Below, piece after piece: positions 1 to 12,890 of a stretch of 64,000 nt of DNA. Numbering within the stretch: the stretch's first letter is position 1; each line of letters begins with the position of its first letter. The stretch lies in the NCBI GenBank assembly GCA_973895155.1, contig OZ316899.1, forward strand, positions 9,670,287 through 9,734,286, read 5' to 3'. The translations under genes and the position numbers were made by a program. The notes below the pieces were generated by a model. The model searched no databases. It had not been told where the DNA came from and saw only the letters and a program-made list of their open reading frames with translations. This DNA comes from Marsupella aquatica (Eukaryota; Plantae; Marchantiophyta).

Positions 1-65
1 CTGCACACTATGTTAATAGAATATCTCATACAAAATTGTACCTCTGGTACCTTAAGACAATTTCA

Positions 66-530
66 TTATCTTTTGGTTTGTTAAGCATAAAATTAGGTTA
101 AGATCTCTTATGATAATAATGATTCATTAAGATACTGCTGTGATAGTATCTTGGTCTGTTAAGTGATGGTACATTAGGTACATCTCTCTAAACAATGTTA
201 AGTAGAAAAGGTAAATTAAGTATATCTTACTATAAAAGCGCCAAGCGAAGCCTACTCTTAAGGGCCTAGGTTCTTTATCTTTTGGTTTGTTAAATACAAA
301 AGTTAGGTTAAGTAACTCTTATGATAGTAATTATCAATGAAGATACTATTGTGATCTTGGTCTGTTATGTAGAAACAGTACATTAAGTATCTCTCTCTAA
401 ACAATGCTAAGTAGAAAAGGTACATTAAGTATCTCTCCAAACAATATTAAGTAGAAAAGGTCATTAAGTATATCTCTCTAAACAATGTTAAGTAGAGAAG
501 TTACATTAAGAATATTTTACTATAAAAGTG
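66..530. repeat. AT-rich degenerate tandem repeats (~210-bp duplication containing ~40-bp subunits)
   Basis: TTATCTTTTGGTTTGTTAA...TCTTGGTCTGTTA...CTCTCTAAACAATG occurs at ~66 and ~275. AAACAATGTTAAGTAGAAAAGGTACATTAAGTAT-like units recur at ~189, 399, 439 and 480. Confidence 0.75.
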
Positions 531-1421
531 TCTATTCTTAAAGGACTAGATGTAGAGATCTCTATACCTTAACTTCCAATACAACCAACTCGAACCTACT
601 CGTAAGGGCCCAGGTCTAGAATGAAGCCTTTAGATGGTAAGGCCCAATACAAACAAAACTGATAATGAGATTCAATAACTTAAACATTTTAAATGAAGAT
701 GACATTACCCTTTAAAAGACAATTGAAATGAGCATGGACAAAGACTAACCAAAATAATATAGGAAATTTATTGTACAAAGATTGAGATGAGTATGGACCA
801 AAAATAAAGAATGAGACATAGACAACCAAAATAACATAATTTTTTTATTGTAGAATATTTTCATTCATATCTATTTAAGTTAATAGGTCATGGGGCTAGT
901 CTCCCTAAACAATGTTGTCAAGTCTACTTTAGGCAGTTTTAGTATTATCCATGTTTAGGTACACGACAAAAGGTTTTTACGTTAATTTTCCACCAGGCAT
1001 TGACAAGCGTAAGAGGTAATGCCAAGACTAACATTAGGGGATAGTTATTAAAAAATTCCAAGTCAATGGGATTGAGACACATTAATTATTCAGGGCTAAA
1101 ATTATGAAAGTGTTTGATTCCATATACAACATATGCACAACTAACATTTCCTCCTGGGAGGTTCTTTATATAGATGTGGGGTAGGAACATTGGGTATCAA
1201 CCCAAACCTGGAGCTAACATAACTCAGGTGTAACTCAGGTTTAAGGTAAGGTTTAGTTTAGGTTATAACACTCCCCCTTGGATGTTACATGTCAAGGGAA
1301 TGTTGCATCCATCTTAAGTAAATTAAACCTGGAATGGTTCCTATCCTTGTTAGTCTATCAGTTTGTGTGTAATTATTTATGCATATAGGGATGTAACCTC
1401 ATCAAAACCTCCTTGCTTTCT

Positions 1422-2591
1422 TTAGGAGGAAAGAGTGTCACCATTCATATTAGCTTTATGTAAGTTTATAATTTCTAAGTGTTCTGTAATTGGTCCTATG
1501 TTTACTCGTGGGAGTAGAAGCGACTTTGCTGTGTGTGTCTTCAATCTTGTGTATGTATGTTGTAGTAGAAAGTTCTTTACCTCTGCTATTATAGCCTTAA
1601 GCTGCTCGGTAAGAGCTACGATGTTATCTGGCGTTTTAGCTTCTAGCTTGACTTTCAACTTCCCCCTCCTTCTACCCTTCTTTTTCCGAGATTTTTCTTC
1701 TTCAGAACTAGAAGATGACTCACTCTTGCTACTTCCACTATCCGAGCTTGAGTTATCACTTCTTGACTTCTTAGAATGTTTCTTTTTCTTATCTTTTTTC
1801 TTATGGGGTGATCCTTCCTCCGATGAGGAACTCTCAGACTTGAGCTGTTTCTTCCGGCTTGTGATGTCCGCATTAATGTATAATTGAATATCTCTAATTG
1901 CCTCGGCTAAAGTCTCTGGGTTCTCCTTCCTAATTGCAAAACTCATCTTCTGTGGCAAAGCATTCACCAACCATTGAAGTTGCATACCTTCAGATGCATT
2001 GGTCCTTGTACGTCTTACTAGCTTTTGGAAGCGTTGCAAGAACTTTCTGAAGGATTTGTTCTCCTTGAACCGAAGTCGTCCCAACTTCAGCACTGCTAGC
2101 TCTGAGGTTCCAATGGGTCAAAACTCCTTTACAAATAGTGATTTGAAGGTATGCTAGATGGCTTGATCTTCCACATCCAATGCTCTGTACCAGGGCCTAG
2201 CCTCACCCTTGAACAGGCCGGGAAGAATCTGCATCTTGATGGCCGATTCTCCATTTGCTGCAGCGGTTCCTTCGAAGTCATCCAACCATTCATCCGGATC
2301 CTCATCTCCTCTTCCATGAAATGCCTTGTAATGAATGCACGACCGTTGGCTCAGTCTGGTCCCAGGCCTCTCTTCTGGCCGTGCCTCTGGTTCCCCCATG
2401 TCGGTTGGGGACTCACTTCTCCCTACCGACTCCTCTTCTGGTATGTTTTCTTTGACGCCACTTTCAGTTACGGAGTGACTAGCTCTTTCTGCCCCTCTCA
2501 GTCGCTGTGTATCATGCCACCCGGCAAGCTGCTGCAGACGAGCTCTCTCCCGTTGAATCGCTCTTTCCTCCCTCGGCGTAGTTTCAGTCAT
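1422..2591 (-). pseudogene. gag: Retrotransposon gag (family A Gypsy element), disrupted
   Basis: ORF 2154-2591 has the capsid-like FHGRGDEDPDEWLDDF...LPGLFKGEARPWY. ORF 1422-2093 continues with F..FLQRFQKL...QWLVNALP and a K/S-rich tract. Lies immediately downstream of the PBS. Confidence 0.8.
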
Positions 2592-2639
2592 TACCTACGT
2601 TTCCTCCCTAACTTCATATCTCACGGCTTAAGAAATGCC

Positions 2640-2656
2640 CCCTCCATCTAGCACCA
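2640..2656 (-). promoter_or_regulatory. Primer-binding site, tRNA-Asn type
   Basis: Minus strand reads ...CACCACA-TTTT-TGGTGCTAGATGGAGGG, two mismatches from TGGCGCTAGAAGGAGGG (complement of the plant tRNA-Asn 3' end as I recall it), directly after the LTR terminal CA. Confidence 0.75.
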
Positions 2657-2660
2657 AAAA

Positions 2661-5600
2661 TGTGGTGCGTCCCATGGCTCCCTAAACCCAAGAAACCCCT
2701 TTGCACAAGCCGATTCCCGCAGGTTTTGCTCTTGGCGAGGCCGATTTCGTGGCTTAGCGGCATGGGACGCTGCTAACTTCCTTCTACTACTATTTAACAT
2801 TTTACTCACATATATTGGACAGATCCTTCATCGGGTCATGAGATACGTAGCCGGCCTATTCTAGGCCTTCCCTTGTCCTCCTCTCTCGGTTTCCCTTTAG
2901 GTATGTTTGGATTCCGCCGCCGGAATGATCCCCAACTGGCTTGGGTAAGCCGCTAAGACCTCTCTCAGCTCGACGTATCCAACTCTTACTACCTTGCTTA
3001 CTCCCTTCTTGGTTGATGTGGGCAATCTTCAAACAAGTTAATGCGACACACAAATAGCAAAATGACTCCTTCTGACTGAGTTATACCATGCACTTGCCAT
3101 ACAAACAGTACTTCTCATATACAAGATCTGCAAACTAAGCCGTGAGGCCAACTCTATTCATCTCTTAGGTATGAGGAAACATGAATATACACAAGGGTCA
3201 CAGTATAACTAACCCGAGAGCTTCTTTAACGACTTGATCCCTGCCCTGCTGGTGCACTAAAAACTTGCTAAGGAAGAAGGCCCTCAACTCCCCGCTGCCC
3301 AGGTCCTTATCCTGGTAGTGGATCCGCCTAATTCCTTGCAGCGTAAGCCTAATCTACCCTACTATAATCTACCTAACTGTAATCTACCTATGTACAGCAA
3401 GGCAGGAGCACAAGTGTTGCTCTTACCAGTGGATCCGCAATCCCACTAAGCTAAGTGTCAGGGCCGCCTCTTGGTCCTGATCCTAATTCTAAACTTGGAG
3501 ATCTGAGCCCGCCCTGCCCACTCACGCCTCCTCCCTCCATGTTTGCCTTCCTTAAAAGGAGCGGCCCTCCACCACCGTCATGGCAGCGGTGTTTGGTCCT
3601 CAATGGACGCCCCCAACACTTCCTCCGCAGCCACTACCGTAGGTCTATCCTCTGACAGATTACCTACTCCGGACCAAGTCAACTCTCCATCGGCCTGATT
3701 GGGTCCACCCTCGGTTTCGGCCTCAGCATCGGCCACGGCCTCCCCGACATGTTCTAGTGGTGGATCCGGTACCCTGGCTTCATCACCGAGTATCCTGGCC
3801 TCGGCTTTGCCATCCCCGCCTTCTAGGGCAGTTGGATCCTCTGCCGTGACCCTGCCTGAGGTTGGTGCTGGGTTTACCTCCTTGGTCACGACGGCTTGAG
3901 GAGCCGTATTACTCCCTGACCCAGAAGGTTTCCGCTTCTTCTTCTTCTTTGGTTCGGCAACTGGCCCCTTCCCCTTGCCACTTACCTCTGGCACCGGTGC
4001 GAGTGTCTCGGCTTGTCCTTCGGCCAGTACTACTCCTGGTAACTTGGTTGCCCCAATTGGAGTTGGACTTGAGGAAGCCAAGCACTTAAATACTGCGGCC
4101 TGTTTCGTCAGCCGCTCCGTTTGGTTGTCGGCTTGCCGCTGTAAGTTCTCCATCTTCCTTGTGCTTTCCTCCAACTCCTCCTGCAATTCATCCAGGTCCT
4201 TGCGCGCCTCCTCTCGCTCCTTCTGGGCTTCCTCCAATTCCTCCTTTAAGGTAGCCTTCTCCTCTTGGGTTGCTCTCAGCTCCTTGTCAAGCTCCGTAAC
4301 GACCTCAGACTCCATTTTATTCATCTTGGCATAAGTTTGGGCAAGCTGGTCGTCTTTCTCATGGAGGTCAGCCTTGAAGCTGGCCGTCATGGATGCGAGC
4401 TCCTGCTGCAGCACGATAATTGCCTGATAGGATTTCCCTAACTCGGCCTCCTTCTGCTCAAGGGCTCCGCGGATATCCTCGAGTTCCCCCTTCAGCGCCC
4501 TTTCCCTTCTTTGAGTTTCCGCCATGGCCCGATTGTTGGCTGCTATGTGGGCCTCCTTTGCGTCTCTCAGCTCTCGCTTCCACTTCTCCTTTTCCTTGAT
4601 CAAATCGGCCAGCTCACCTTGGGTCCGAGTCAGTTTATCCTTGATAATCTGATTATCAGACTGCGCGATATCCAATTGCCCCTGCATGATGTTGAGCTCA
4701 TGCCGTTTAATCCGCAGCTCATCTTGGGCTTTCTTGGCCGCCTTCAGGTCTTCTACCTCGGCTTCCCTTGCCCTAAGCCGACGGATGACCTCGTCCTTCT
4801 TGCTTCTCTCCAAAGCCACCACTTCTTCTAATCGGCACTTCTCCAACATTTCCCTCTGGGAAAAAGGTCCCTACTCCAACTCCTCCCCAAAGATGCCAAG
4901 CGCAAGTTCCCCACACATCTCCTCGTACTCCATGGCTTGTTCTTTAGCATAGGGGGAGTGAGTAGAAGTCATCGGCATCATCCACCGCGGCCTTTGTTCC
5001 CAAGCCGCCTTGCAAATTTCTTCTATCATGGCTGGCAGGCTGCTTTTTTTTGTTTGCAAGTCGCCATTCTCTTCCTGGTAAATCCTTCTCCCTAGCCAGG
5101 GCTACCTCTTCTTCCTCCCTGAGTCATTCCTGAAACTCTTGTGCCGTCTGTTTTATGCCGTCAAAGCTCGGGGGAGCGACATCTGGTGGGGGAGACTCGG
5201 GGCTGCTCTGTTGGGTCGGGTCCCCTCGAACTACTCTTGGAAGAGTGGGGTTGAACCTGCCACAGGTCCTTATTCCTGGAACATGATGGTCCGACCCATA
5301 GCCGGAGTCATCATTGTTGTAGCCTTCTATTGCCTCCTCCTCGGCTTGGACAACCAGCTCCCCCCGTTGCTGTCCTGGTCTTGCCGTGAACACGGCCTCA
5401 TAGATCACTGGTCCTGGTTCCTCCGGCTTCCACGTTGATCTCATCTTCTCCCTATCGTGACTAGGAGCTTCAGGCTGCTTTTCCTTGGCTTTGGGACTTG
5501 AAGCTCCTACATACATTCGGACTCCCGGCTCGTGTTTCGGCCTCCTTCTCTCCTTGACCTTGGTAAAGGGGTTTTCCCTGGTAAGTTGGCGAAGGCCGAC

Positions 5601-7365
5601 TTTGGGAGCAGTATTCTGTACCGGTCCCGTTGCCGTTGCCGTTGCCGTTCTCCTTTCCTTCCCCAGCAATTTCAACAGATTTTGCATGCCTGGTTGCTGC
5701 ATTGGCAAGTCCTCCTTCCTCGGCCTAAACACCTGCTCAATTGTAGGACTATCGGGCTGGGTGGGTTTCTCTGTTGTCGGCCTCGGTTCCGGAACCTCCT
5801 CTGGTGCTCTTGCCTGCAGGGGTAGTACCGGGGCGAATATCTGACTTCGGGCATACCGGCACAACAACGGCATATGATAACCAAGTCGGGACACGCTTCC
5901 CATGCCGATCACCAGCTATTCCTCCTTTAAGATCTTCTTTAGTTGGGTGAGGAGGTACCCGTTGTAGTCTCGGCTTGGGTCTGGCCTCTCCGCCAGATAG
6001 ACCTGTGCCTTGCCGATCTTTGCCCTTGGCAAGTTACAATGCATGGTTACCCACAAGAAATGGATCATTTCTCCTATGTGCAGGTTGGTGCAGGTGTTTT
6101 GGAAGAAGCCATTCTTTGTTGATGGCCCTAGAAATGACTGGAACTCCCTGTCTGGCAAGGTCTTCCTGGTATCTACTTTGGTCTTATTGCCCATCGGCAA
6201 GCCAAACACTTCGGCAATCACCCGGGGAGTGAGATAGAAATCCTTCCCATACACCCTTGTGGAATTGGTCTCGGGCTCCCATGATCCCACGAATTCTAGT
6301 AAGTCTGAATCCGGCACCTCCGGCTTTAGCCATGGTAACTTTACGAAGGCTTCCAAGCCGGATCCGGCCATGAAACCTTGGTATTTCCGAGTCTACATAG
6401 CCGTAAAGCATGCATCCTCCTCCCGTGCAAAGTGTAATTGCACCTCCTCGGGGAGGGTTGCCGCCCAGCCTTTCCAGGTGTCATCTCTTGTTGGAATGGC
6501 ATTGACGGGGTCGACCTCCTCCTCTTTGGCTTCCACCTGCCTCCTGCTTCCCTACTCTACTGGTTTCCTGGGTGCCGCCAACCTTGTTCTTTTTGCAGGG
6601 GTGGCTTCTTCGTTGTTGTTCCCTTTCCTCTTCATATCGGCTGTCGTGGATGTTTCTCCTAGCACGGTTGCCTTTGTCCACCCCTCCGTGCTACCCTTCA
6701 ACTCCCAGTGTATGTCGTTGCAGCGGTTGATGGCCTCCCGGATGCCGACTATTCTGTTCTCACAAAACATAAGATCGTCAAGTTTGTCGGCAGTAGGCGT
6801 CCACAAGAATTCAGCCATAATGAGTTCTCCTCCTAAGAAAGCAGACTTCTGCAGCTCCCACAGCCGAGCGAGCTCCTGCCGTTCTTGAGCTGCTCTCTCC
6901 GATTCTTCGTCCTCGTAGGTCCCAATGTACTCGGTTGCCCGTTCTAACAGGCATCCCCAAAAATGAGCAGCTTGATTGACGTTGCTTATACCCTTCTTGA
7001 GTTGATTGTTGGTATCTGCTTCCACCTTGATTGCTTGCCTGAGCAGCGGACAGTAGTTGGCCTCCCGTAGTTGTCCGCTTGGCTCGTATTTGCAAATGAG
7101 CTGCCATTCCTTGCGCTTGGTCCTTACCCCCCCTTGGCTGGTCTTCCTTCCCGTTGGTTACCCATAGCCGTTGGTACTTAGCACACCCTAACCCTAATCG
7201 TGTTCCCTCCCCCGACGTCCTTACTTTTGGCCTCGGCTTGGGTTCCATAGTCACCCTTAATTGTTTATATTTCCCTATGTTTGTTACTATACTAAAGTGT
7301 TTCCTAGGGTACACTCCTGATTTTACTATTTAAACTAGCCTAATGATTCCTGGCTAGGCATCACA
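2661..7365 (-). mobile_element. 5' LTR of Gypsy family A (4,705 bp, protein-coding)
   Basis: Termini TGTGATGC...GCACCACA (inverted TG..CA), followed by PBS and gag. Colinear end-to-end with the solo copy at 26365-46796. Confidence 0.9.
3578..7248 (-). pseudogene. LTR-encoded accessory ORF: PMD-like domain + long coiled coil (~1,200 codons, several stops/frameshifts)
   Basis: Consecutive ORF pieces 6552-7025, 5916-6371, 5124-5912, 4871-5059 and 3578-4849. EFVGSWEPETNSTRVYGKDFYLTPRVIAEVFGLP resembles the plant mobile domain W.PET..F..GE..T..DV..ILGLP pattern. E/K/L heptad-rich C-terminal part. Confidence 0.7.
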
Positions 7366-7755
7366 GTGTGAGTGCCGGAAATGGTGCGATTGTGAGTGCG
7401 AGTGGTGGAACCGGTGCAATTGAGTGCGGTGAGCTGTGGCAATGCGAGTGCAAGTGCTGTGCAAGCGGTGCGATTGAGTGTTGTGTGTTGTGCAATTGCC
7501 AATGATTGAGCTTGCTGCAACTAAGCTATGGTGGTGCGAGTCCAAGTGCTATGCGAGTGTCGGAAGCGGTCTGATTGTGAGTGCGAGTGGTGGAAGCGAT
7601 GCGATTGAGTGCGGTGAGCTGTGGCGGTGCAAGTGCAGGTGCTGTGCGAGCGGTGCAATTGAGTGTTGTGTGTTGTGCGACTGCCAGTGATTGAGCTTGT
7701 TGCGACTGAGCTATGGGCGGTGCAAGTGCTGTGCAAGTTGCGCTCGTGCAATTTA
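7366..7755. repeat. ~185-bp tandem duplication built from GTGCGATTGAGTG-like subunits
   Basis: GATTGTGAGTGCGAGTGGTGGAA at 7388 and 7573, with colinear continuation. Confidence 0.8.
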
Positions 7756-8260
7756 GTAGTTGGTGAGATTTGAAAATGACAGGGAAGAGGAAGCAACCCA
7801 CTCCCTCTCCTTCATCGTCTGGTTGGCAGACCAGATCAAAGACAGCAGAGAGCACCGCCAGTGGTCGGGAAACTCACACAGTGAAGAAGCTGGAGCCAAA
7901 GGTTCTGAACTTTGAAAATGTGTCTGCTGAACGTTTGAACAAAGGTGCATTTGAAGGGATTGTTGGGGAGTACTTGGTTTCATTTGGAGCTGAACCAAGC
8001 GGGAAGCCCAGAGAGCCACCTCGGATTCCACTATGTTGTTTGATGACAATGGAGGCAGTTCGGACTCTCCAACAGAGCTCCATTCTCAAGATGAAGAAGG
8101 ACTTTGTGAAGAATGGGTATGTGGACAAGTTTTTGGAATTCCACATATCAGATACCAATGCGCATAACGCCACCCACTCCATGTCTGAATTTTCCGCGGA
8201 TTGGGACCCTCTATCACTAGTAGAAAATGGGGCATTTTATGACTTGGGCACATATGACTT

Positions 8261-11200
8261 TTTTTCTTTTTTTTGGTTGATTTTTACATTTATTCCGCGT
8301 GAAACCCACGGATGGGGGAACCAGCAGGCCAAACGGCATCATAAAACCTCAATGCCCAAAGGAGGCAATAACAAAGAGTTACTCAACCAGGGTCACCAGA
8401 TCAGGCAAAGATTACGAAGCCGTTCTACTAGTGTTCCATGCAGCAAGTAACAGCTAGGGAATAAGCACTAAAAGGCACGATAGGTCAGCAGAGTAAAAGT
8501 GTAAAGTGTCAAACCATTGTCTAGTACTGAATTCATCCACCTAATTAGTAAGAAGAGGGTGTATACCATAGCGGGAGAAGGAAAAAAACCAACGGCATGA
8601 ACTATAAGGGCCACCAAGAGTGGTGCAGCCATAAGCTACAGGGATTGAAAACAGTGCGGGAGGTAGTGGCACTGTGTATGAGGAAATCACGGGAGTAACA
8701 ATGTCAAAAGAGAAGACAAAACTCCCAGATAGCCACATAGTATAAATCAATCTCTCATAAGGCCGCCATCAATGGAGGAAACAATCCGATGCGACCCACG
8801 TCTGAGAGTGTGAATGCGCTCGATCTCCAGCAGTTCTTTGGCATTCGATAGACGCCGGTGCTTGCGGCTCAAAGATGAAGGAGAAAGCACGGAAGTAGCC
8901 GCAGCGACAGCAGTCAGGTGGTCCAGGGTCTCCGAAATAATCAGCATCTGATCAAAAATCCTATGTCTAGTCCGGTCAAAAGTTTGAGCATTCCTAGCCA
9001 ACCAAATGTTCCACAAAATCTGATAGGTAGTGTAGATCCGAAGGGAGTGAATAGGTAATTTTCCCACAGCAAACTTGATAAGGCCAATCAGGGATGGCAA
9101 GAAAATATGTGGGATAGACTCAAGGAGTCCCACACAAAGCACACAACAACCATCAGATTTTCCAATTCTTAGAGCCCTAGAGCCAGAAAACAGACCCTGT
9201 GCAAGAATACGCCATAGAAAGACTTTCGCTCGGGTAGAAAGATCATATGTCCACATAGCCCTCCACACTTCACTCCATTCTCCATCTGTGAGGGCCTCCG
9301 CCCAGATCCGGTTCAGACGAGCAGTATCAGTGCCTTTTGGGCGCAAAAACTCATAGGCACGAACATTTGTTAATCCAAAGCGATTAGTTCCAACCGCCTG
9401 GTCCAGCCAAAGCCATTGTCGTGCAAGAGGCAAGGTTCCAATGCCGCCAAAGGGAGTTCCACGAATTACTCCCGTCAAAGAGAGACATAGAGCCCTGCAA
9501 GGAGATGTAAGGCCTCTCAACCGTTGTAGTCGTGATTCAACATTCATCCATGTGCCATCAGCAGCAGACCAGAAATCCCCGATTTTCCTTATGCCAAGTT
9601 TACCAAACGTTCTGGTTAACTCCATAATCACAGAATCAGGTAGCTCATAGAATCCCTGTAAGCAGCGGATAGCATCTTCAAATCCCCAATGGCCAGGGAT
9701 AGGGTCATAAGTATTAGGGTAGAAGATCAAGTGTTCTCTCAACTGTTCCCAGGCACTCCACAATTGGCTAGTATATGACAATCTCCCAAAGCTACGAGGG
9801 GTGCTAAGAAGCAACTTGTCAGTCAAGGAGTACACATTCCTGCGGACAATCTTGTAATTCCGCCATTTTGTCAATCGAAGATTTTCAGAGAGCATGCAAG
9901 CCCATTCAGAGTCGGGGCAATCCAAAGCCCCGGTGAACCATTTACTCAAAAGGGCGTCCGAGTGACTTTTGAGATCCTTCAATCCGAGACCACCATCCAG
10001 CTTGGGTCGAGTCATCTTGTCCCAAGCCACAAGAGGGATTCGTTTCCCCCCCAACGGGTTGGAGCCCCACAGAAAAATCCTGTTTAAAGCAATCAACTTT
10101 TTAGTCAAGGTAATAGGTGAAAGTAGAAACATCATGTGATAAACCGGTATGGCCTGAAGCACGTGCTTGATTAACAACAGGCGGCCTGTGAAAGAAAGGA
10201 AGCAAGTAGACCAGGATGCAAGTCGTGCACTGATCCGATCCAAGCAGAAGCAATGCAGTTGCTTCTCAGAAAGATTAGAACCAAAAGGGGCACCTAAGTA
10301 TTTCTGCACAGTGCCTGCAACGCTAATTGTACACCCCGTTTTGTGTAGCCAGTCAGGGATCTCATCAATAGCCAAAGGTATAATGATAGATTTGCCCAGG
10401 TGGAGTTTAGCGCCAGTTGCACATTCGTAGCAAGTGATAGTGTTTCTAGCCTGTGTAAAAGCAATCTTCGTGGCAAGAATGAAAAGGCCTAGATCATCGG
10501 CAAAAAGTCTAAAGCAAATAGTTAAAGAGGAAGAGATTTGTAGTCCCTGGAGTTGACCAGCTGCAATTTCCACATGGCAGAAGTCCATCAATGGCTGGGT
10601 GGAGATAGCGAATAGAAGAGGAGAAAGGGGACAACCTTGGCGAACTCCCTGCACATCTTAATATCATCAGTCCAAAGTCCGTTGACCAGAACTTTAGAAA
10701 AGGAATTACTTAGCAGAGATCGAACTAAGAATATGTAATGTGAGCTCAGGCCCAAAAGATTCATAGTTTCCCAGATATAGAGATGATCGACCCTGTCAAA
10801 AGCTTTCTCAAAGTCAAGCTGCAAAAAGAGAGACGGAGTCTGCGTGGATTCAATCCAGTCGTGTGTCAACCACGTTAGTGAGATATTTTCCAGTATATGA
10901 CGTATAGCAGCACGCATCAACAACATACAAGATTTTCGATCATCTCACAGAAATTTTGAACCTCCTTGATGATCAGATTTTCGTCATGAATCTCTGAACC
11001 ATCATCTCCAATTAGGTACTCCATAGTCTCTCTCAAACATTTTGCTTTGACCAAAGAGAAGTAGAACTTGGAAGGTTCTTCACCCTGGCCAAGCCAGTTG
11101 ATCCAGGACAGCCGCCGGCAGTGATGTGCATTCTCAAGTTCTATTTTGCAAACACTATTATCAGTATAGGCAAATTCTTGCAGATCATTTGGAGCATGCT

Positions 11201-12511
11201 CGTCCATGATAGAGATTTTGAGGAGGCGAAGTTTGTTCCTGAGGATCGCCAGCTCCTCCTCCCGGGGTACCGGCAAAGATTGCAGCTCCATAAAGCACTT
11301 CCAAAATCTTTGGAATGCGTTGGCAAAGCATAAATGAGGATCCGCAGAGGGCACATCATCACCCTGCCAGGCAGCCTCTAAAATATTCAGGTTCTCTGCC
11401 TTCCGAAGAACAGAGGGATTCGCCTTAAAATAAGTAGCTCTCTTCTTATTTGAAGCCAAACGGGGTAGGGGAATCAGACGGAAGGTAATGAGTACAGGAT
11501 CATGGTCAGAGAGCGCCGATGACCCGTCGTGAGTGAGATCCACAATCTCAGCAGTCCATCTCCCTTCTTCACTAAAGTAAAACCGGTCAAGCCTAGATTG
11601 AAATAATCTACCATTTCAGACCCTGCGCCAGGTAGAGGATGCACCAGTTACTTGGCCTAGAATGGAGATAACATCCAAGAGGTCAAACTTAGTTTTAAGA
11701 AATCGCCAAAATTCCAGCTCGCAGCCACAGATAAGAGGGGAGGCGCCAGTGGAGTCTTCATCCCTCTCGGTCATATTGAAATCACCACAAATAATCCAAC
11801 AGGCTTGCGGTAAAGCATTGAGTAAATCATTCCACAGCAGCAATCTTTCTCCAGATGAATTAGGCGCATACAAACTTACCAATCCAAAATTTCCCTCCGC
11901 ATGTTCCATCTGGATCCACACCGCCCTTCCACCATCGAGGAGTCCAGATGAGGTCACCTTGAAAGAAGGGTGGATTAAAATAGCCGTTCCGCCCCTACCC
12001 TCATTAGGGGCGGAGAAAAAGTGCTGAAAAGAAGGTAGAATTGTTCGTAGCACCGTGTCCAGTCTGAAACCCTCCACCTTAATCTCCTGAAGGGCCAGCG
12101 CATCAAGGGGAGGGCGTAGAGAGGAGACCCACTTGAGTACAACATGTTTCCGATCTGGATTGCAAAGACCACAGACGTTCCAAGAGGCGAAATGGAAAAT
12201 ACCCATTCTCCTAGTAAATCCATCACCTCAGTTCTCTCCTTAGAGAGAGCGACCATGGCATCCTCATAAAGGAGTGGGCGGGGACTCCGCAGGTCTCAGC
12301 ATCAGCAAGTTTGGGACGAGAGGAGGACTCTGAATTGTGTCCGCAGATAGAGATTCAAAAGTCGTCGAGGTAGCACCAATTCCTTCAGTATCAGCCGTGG
12401 ATAGCTTCTTCGATTCCCGAGAGAGTCTCCTCTCAGGTGTGACCCAACCAGCTGCATCCTGCGATTTAGAATCCAAAGTGAAATGTAAGGAGCGTTGTTT
12501 TCGGGCTTTTT
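8261..12511 (-). mobile_element. L1-clade LINE, 5'-truncated
   Basis: 17-bp TSD TTGGGCACATATGACTT (8244-8260 and 12512-12528). Poly(A) tail seen as a T-run at ~8259-8274. EN and RT domains present. Confidence 0.92.
8747..12206 (-). pseudogene. LINE ORF2 (APE endonuclease - reverse transcriptase), disrupted
   Basis: SWNVCGL, LQEIK, GDFN, SDHDPV (EN); LDFEKAFDRV, GVRQGCPLSPLLF, LFADD, KYLG (RT); KVFLWR...C..C (zf-RVT-like). Frameshifts and an apparent internal deletion near 10920. Confidence 0.92.
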
Positions 12512-12528
12512 TTGGGCACATATGACTT

Positions 12529-12890
12529 ATGTGCCTAAATGACAAAATATTTCAATGACAGGACATGAATGACAATTAAATGACTGTCTAAAATGACAGA
12601 GTGAAAAAAATGACTAATAATTGCAAGAGAGTCATTTCCACCAATGAGTCAAATGACTTTGACTCTATAATGACAACACTAATGAGTTATGGTCATTTTG
12701 GATAGTCTATGTGAATGACACAATGACAAAAACCCTGTCATATCAGTGTTTTACTTCTGGAAAGTCATTTTGGATGACGGTGACTAATGACTAGGAAAAC
12801 AAACATGCAAATATAAGTGTTTAAAAATGTTAGTAGTCATTTCAACCACAAGTGATAAAATGACATGATAAAAAAAATATGACTATTTTG
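12529..12890. repeat. CACTA left subterminal ATGAC/GTCAT repeats
   Basis: Many ATGAC/GTCAT motifs in both orientations. Before the LINE insertion they were contiguous with the TIR at 8215. Confidence 0.75.

Noticed and set aside
3699-4952. Ser/Leu-rich antisense ORFs (also 42383-43495 and 48052-48619)
   Set aside because: Shadows of Glu/Lys-rich coiled-coil coding on the opposite strand.
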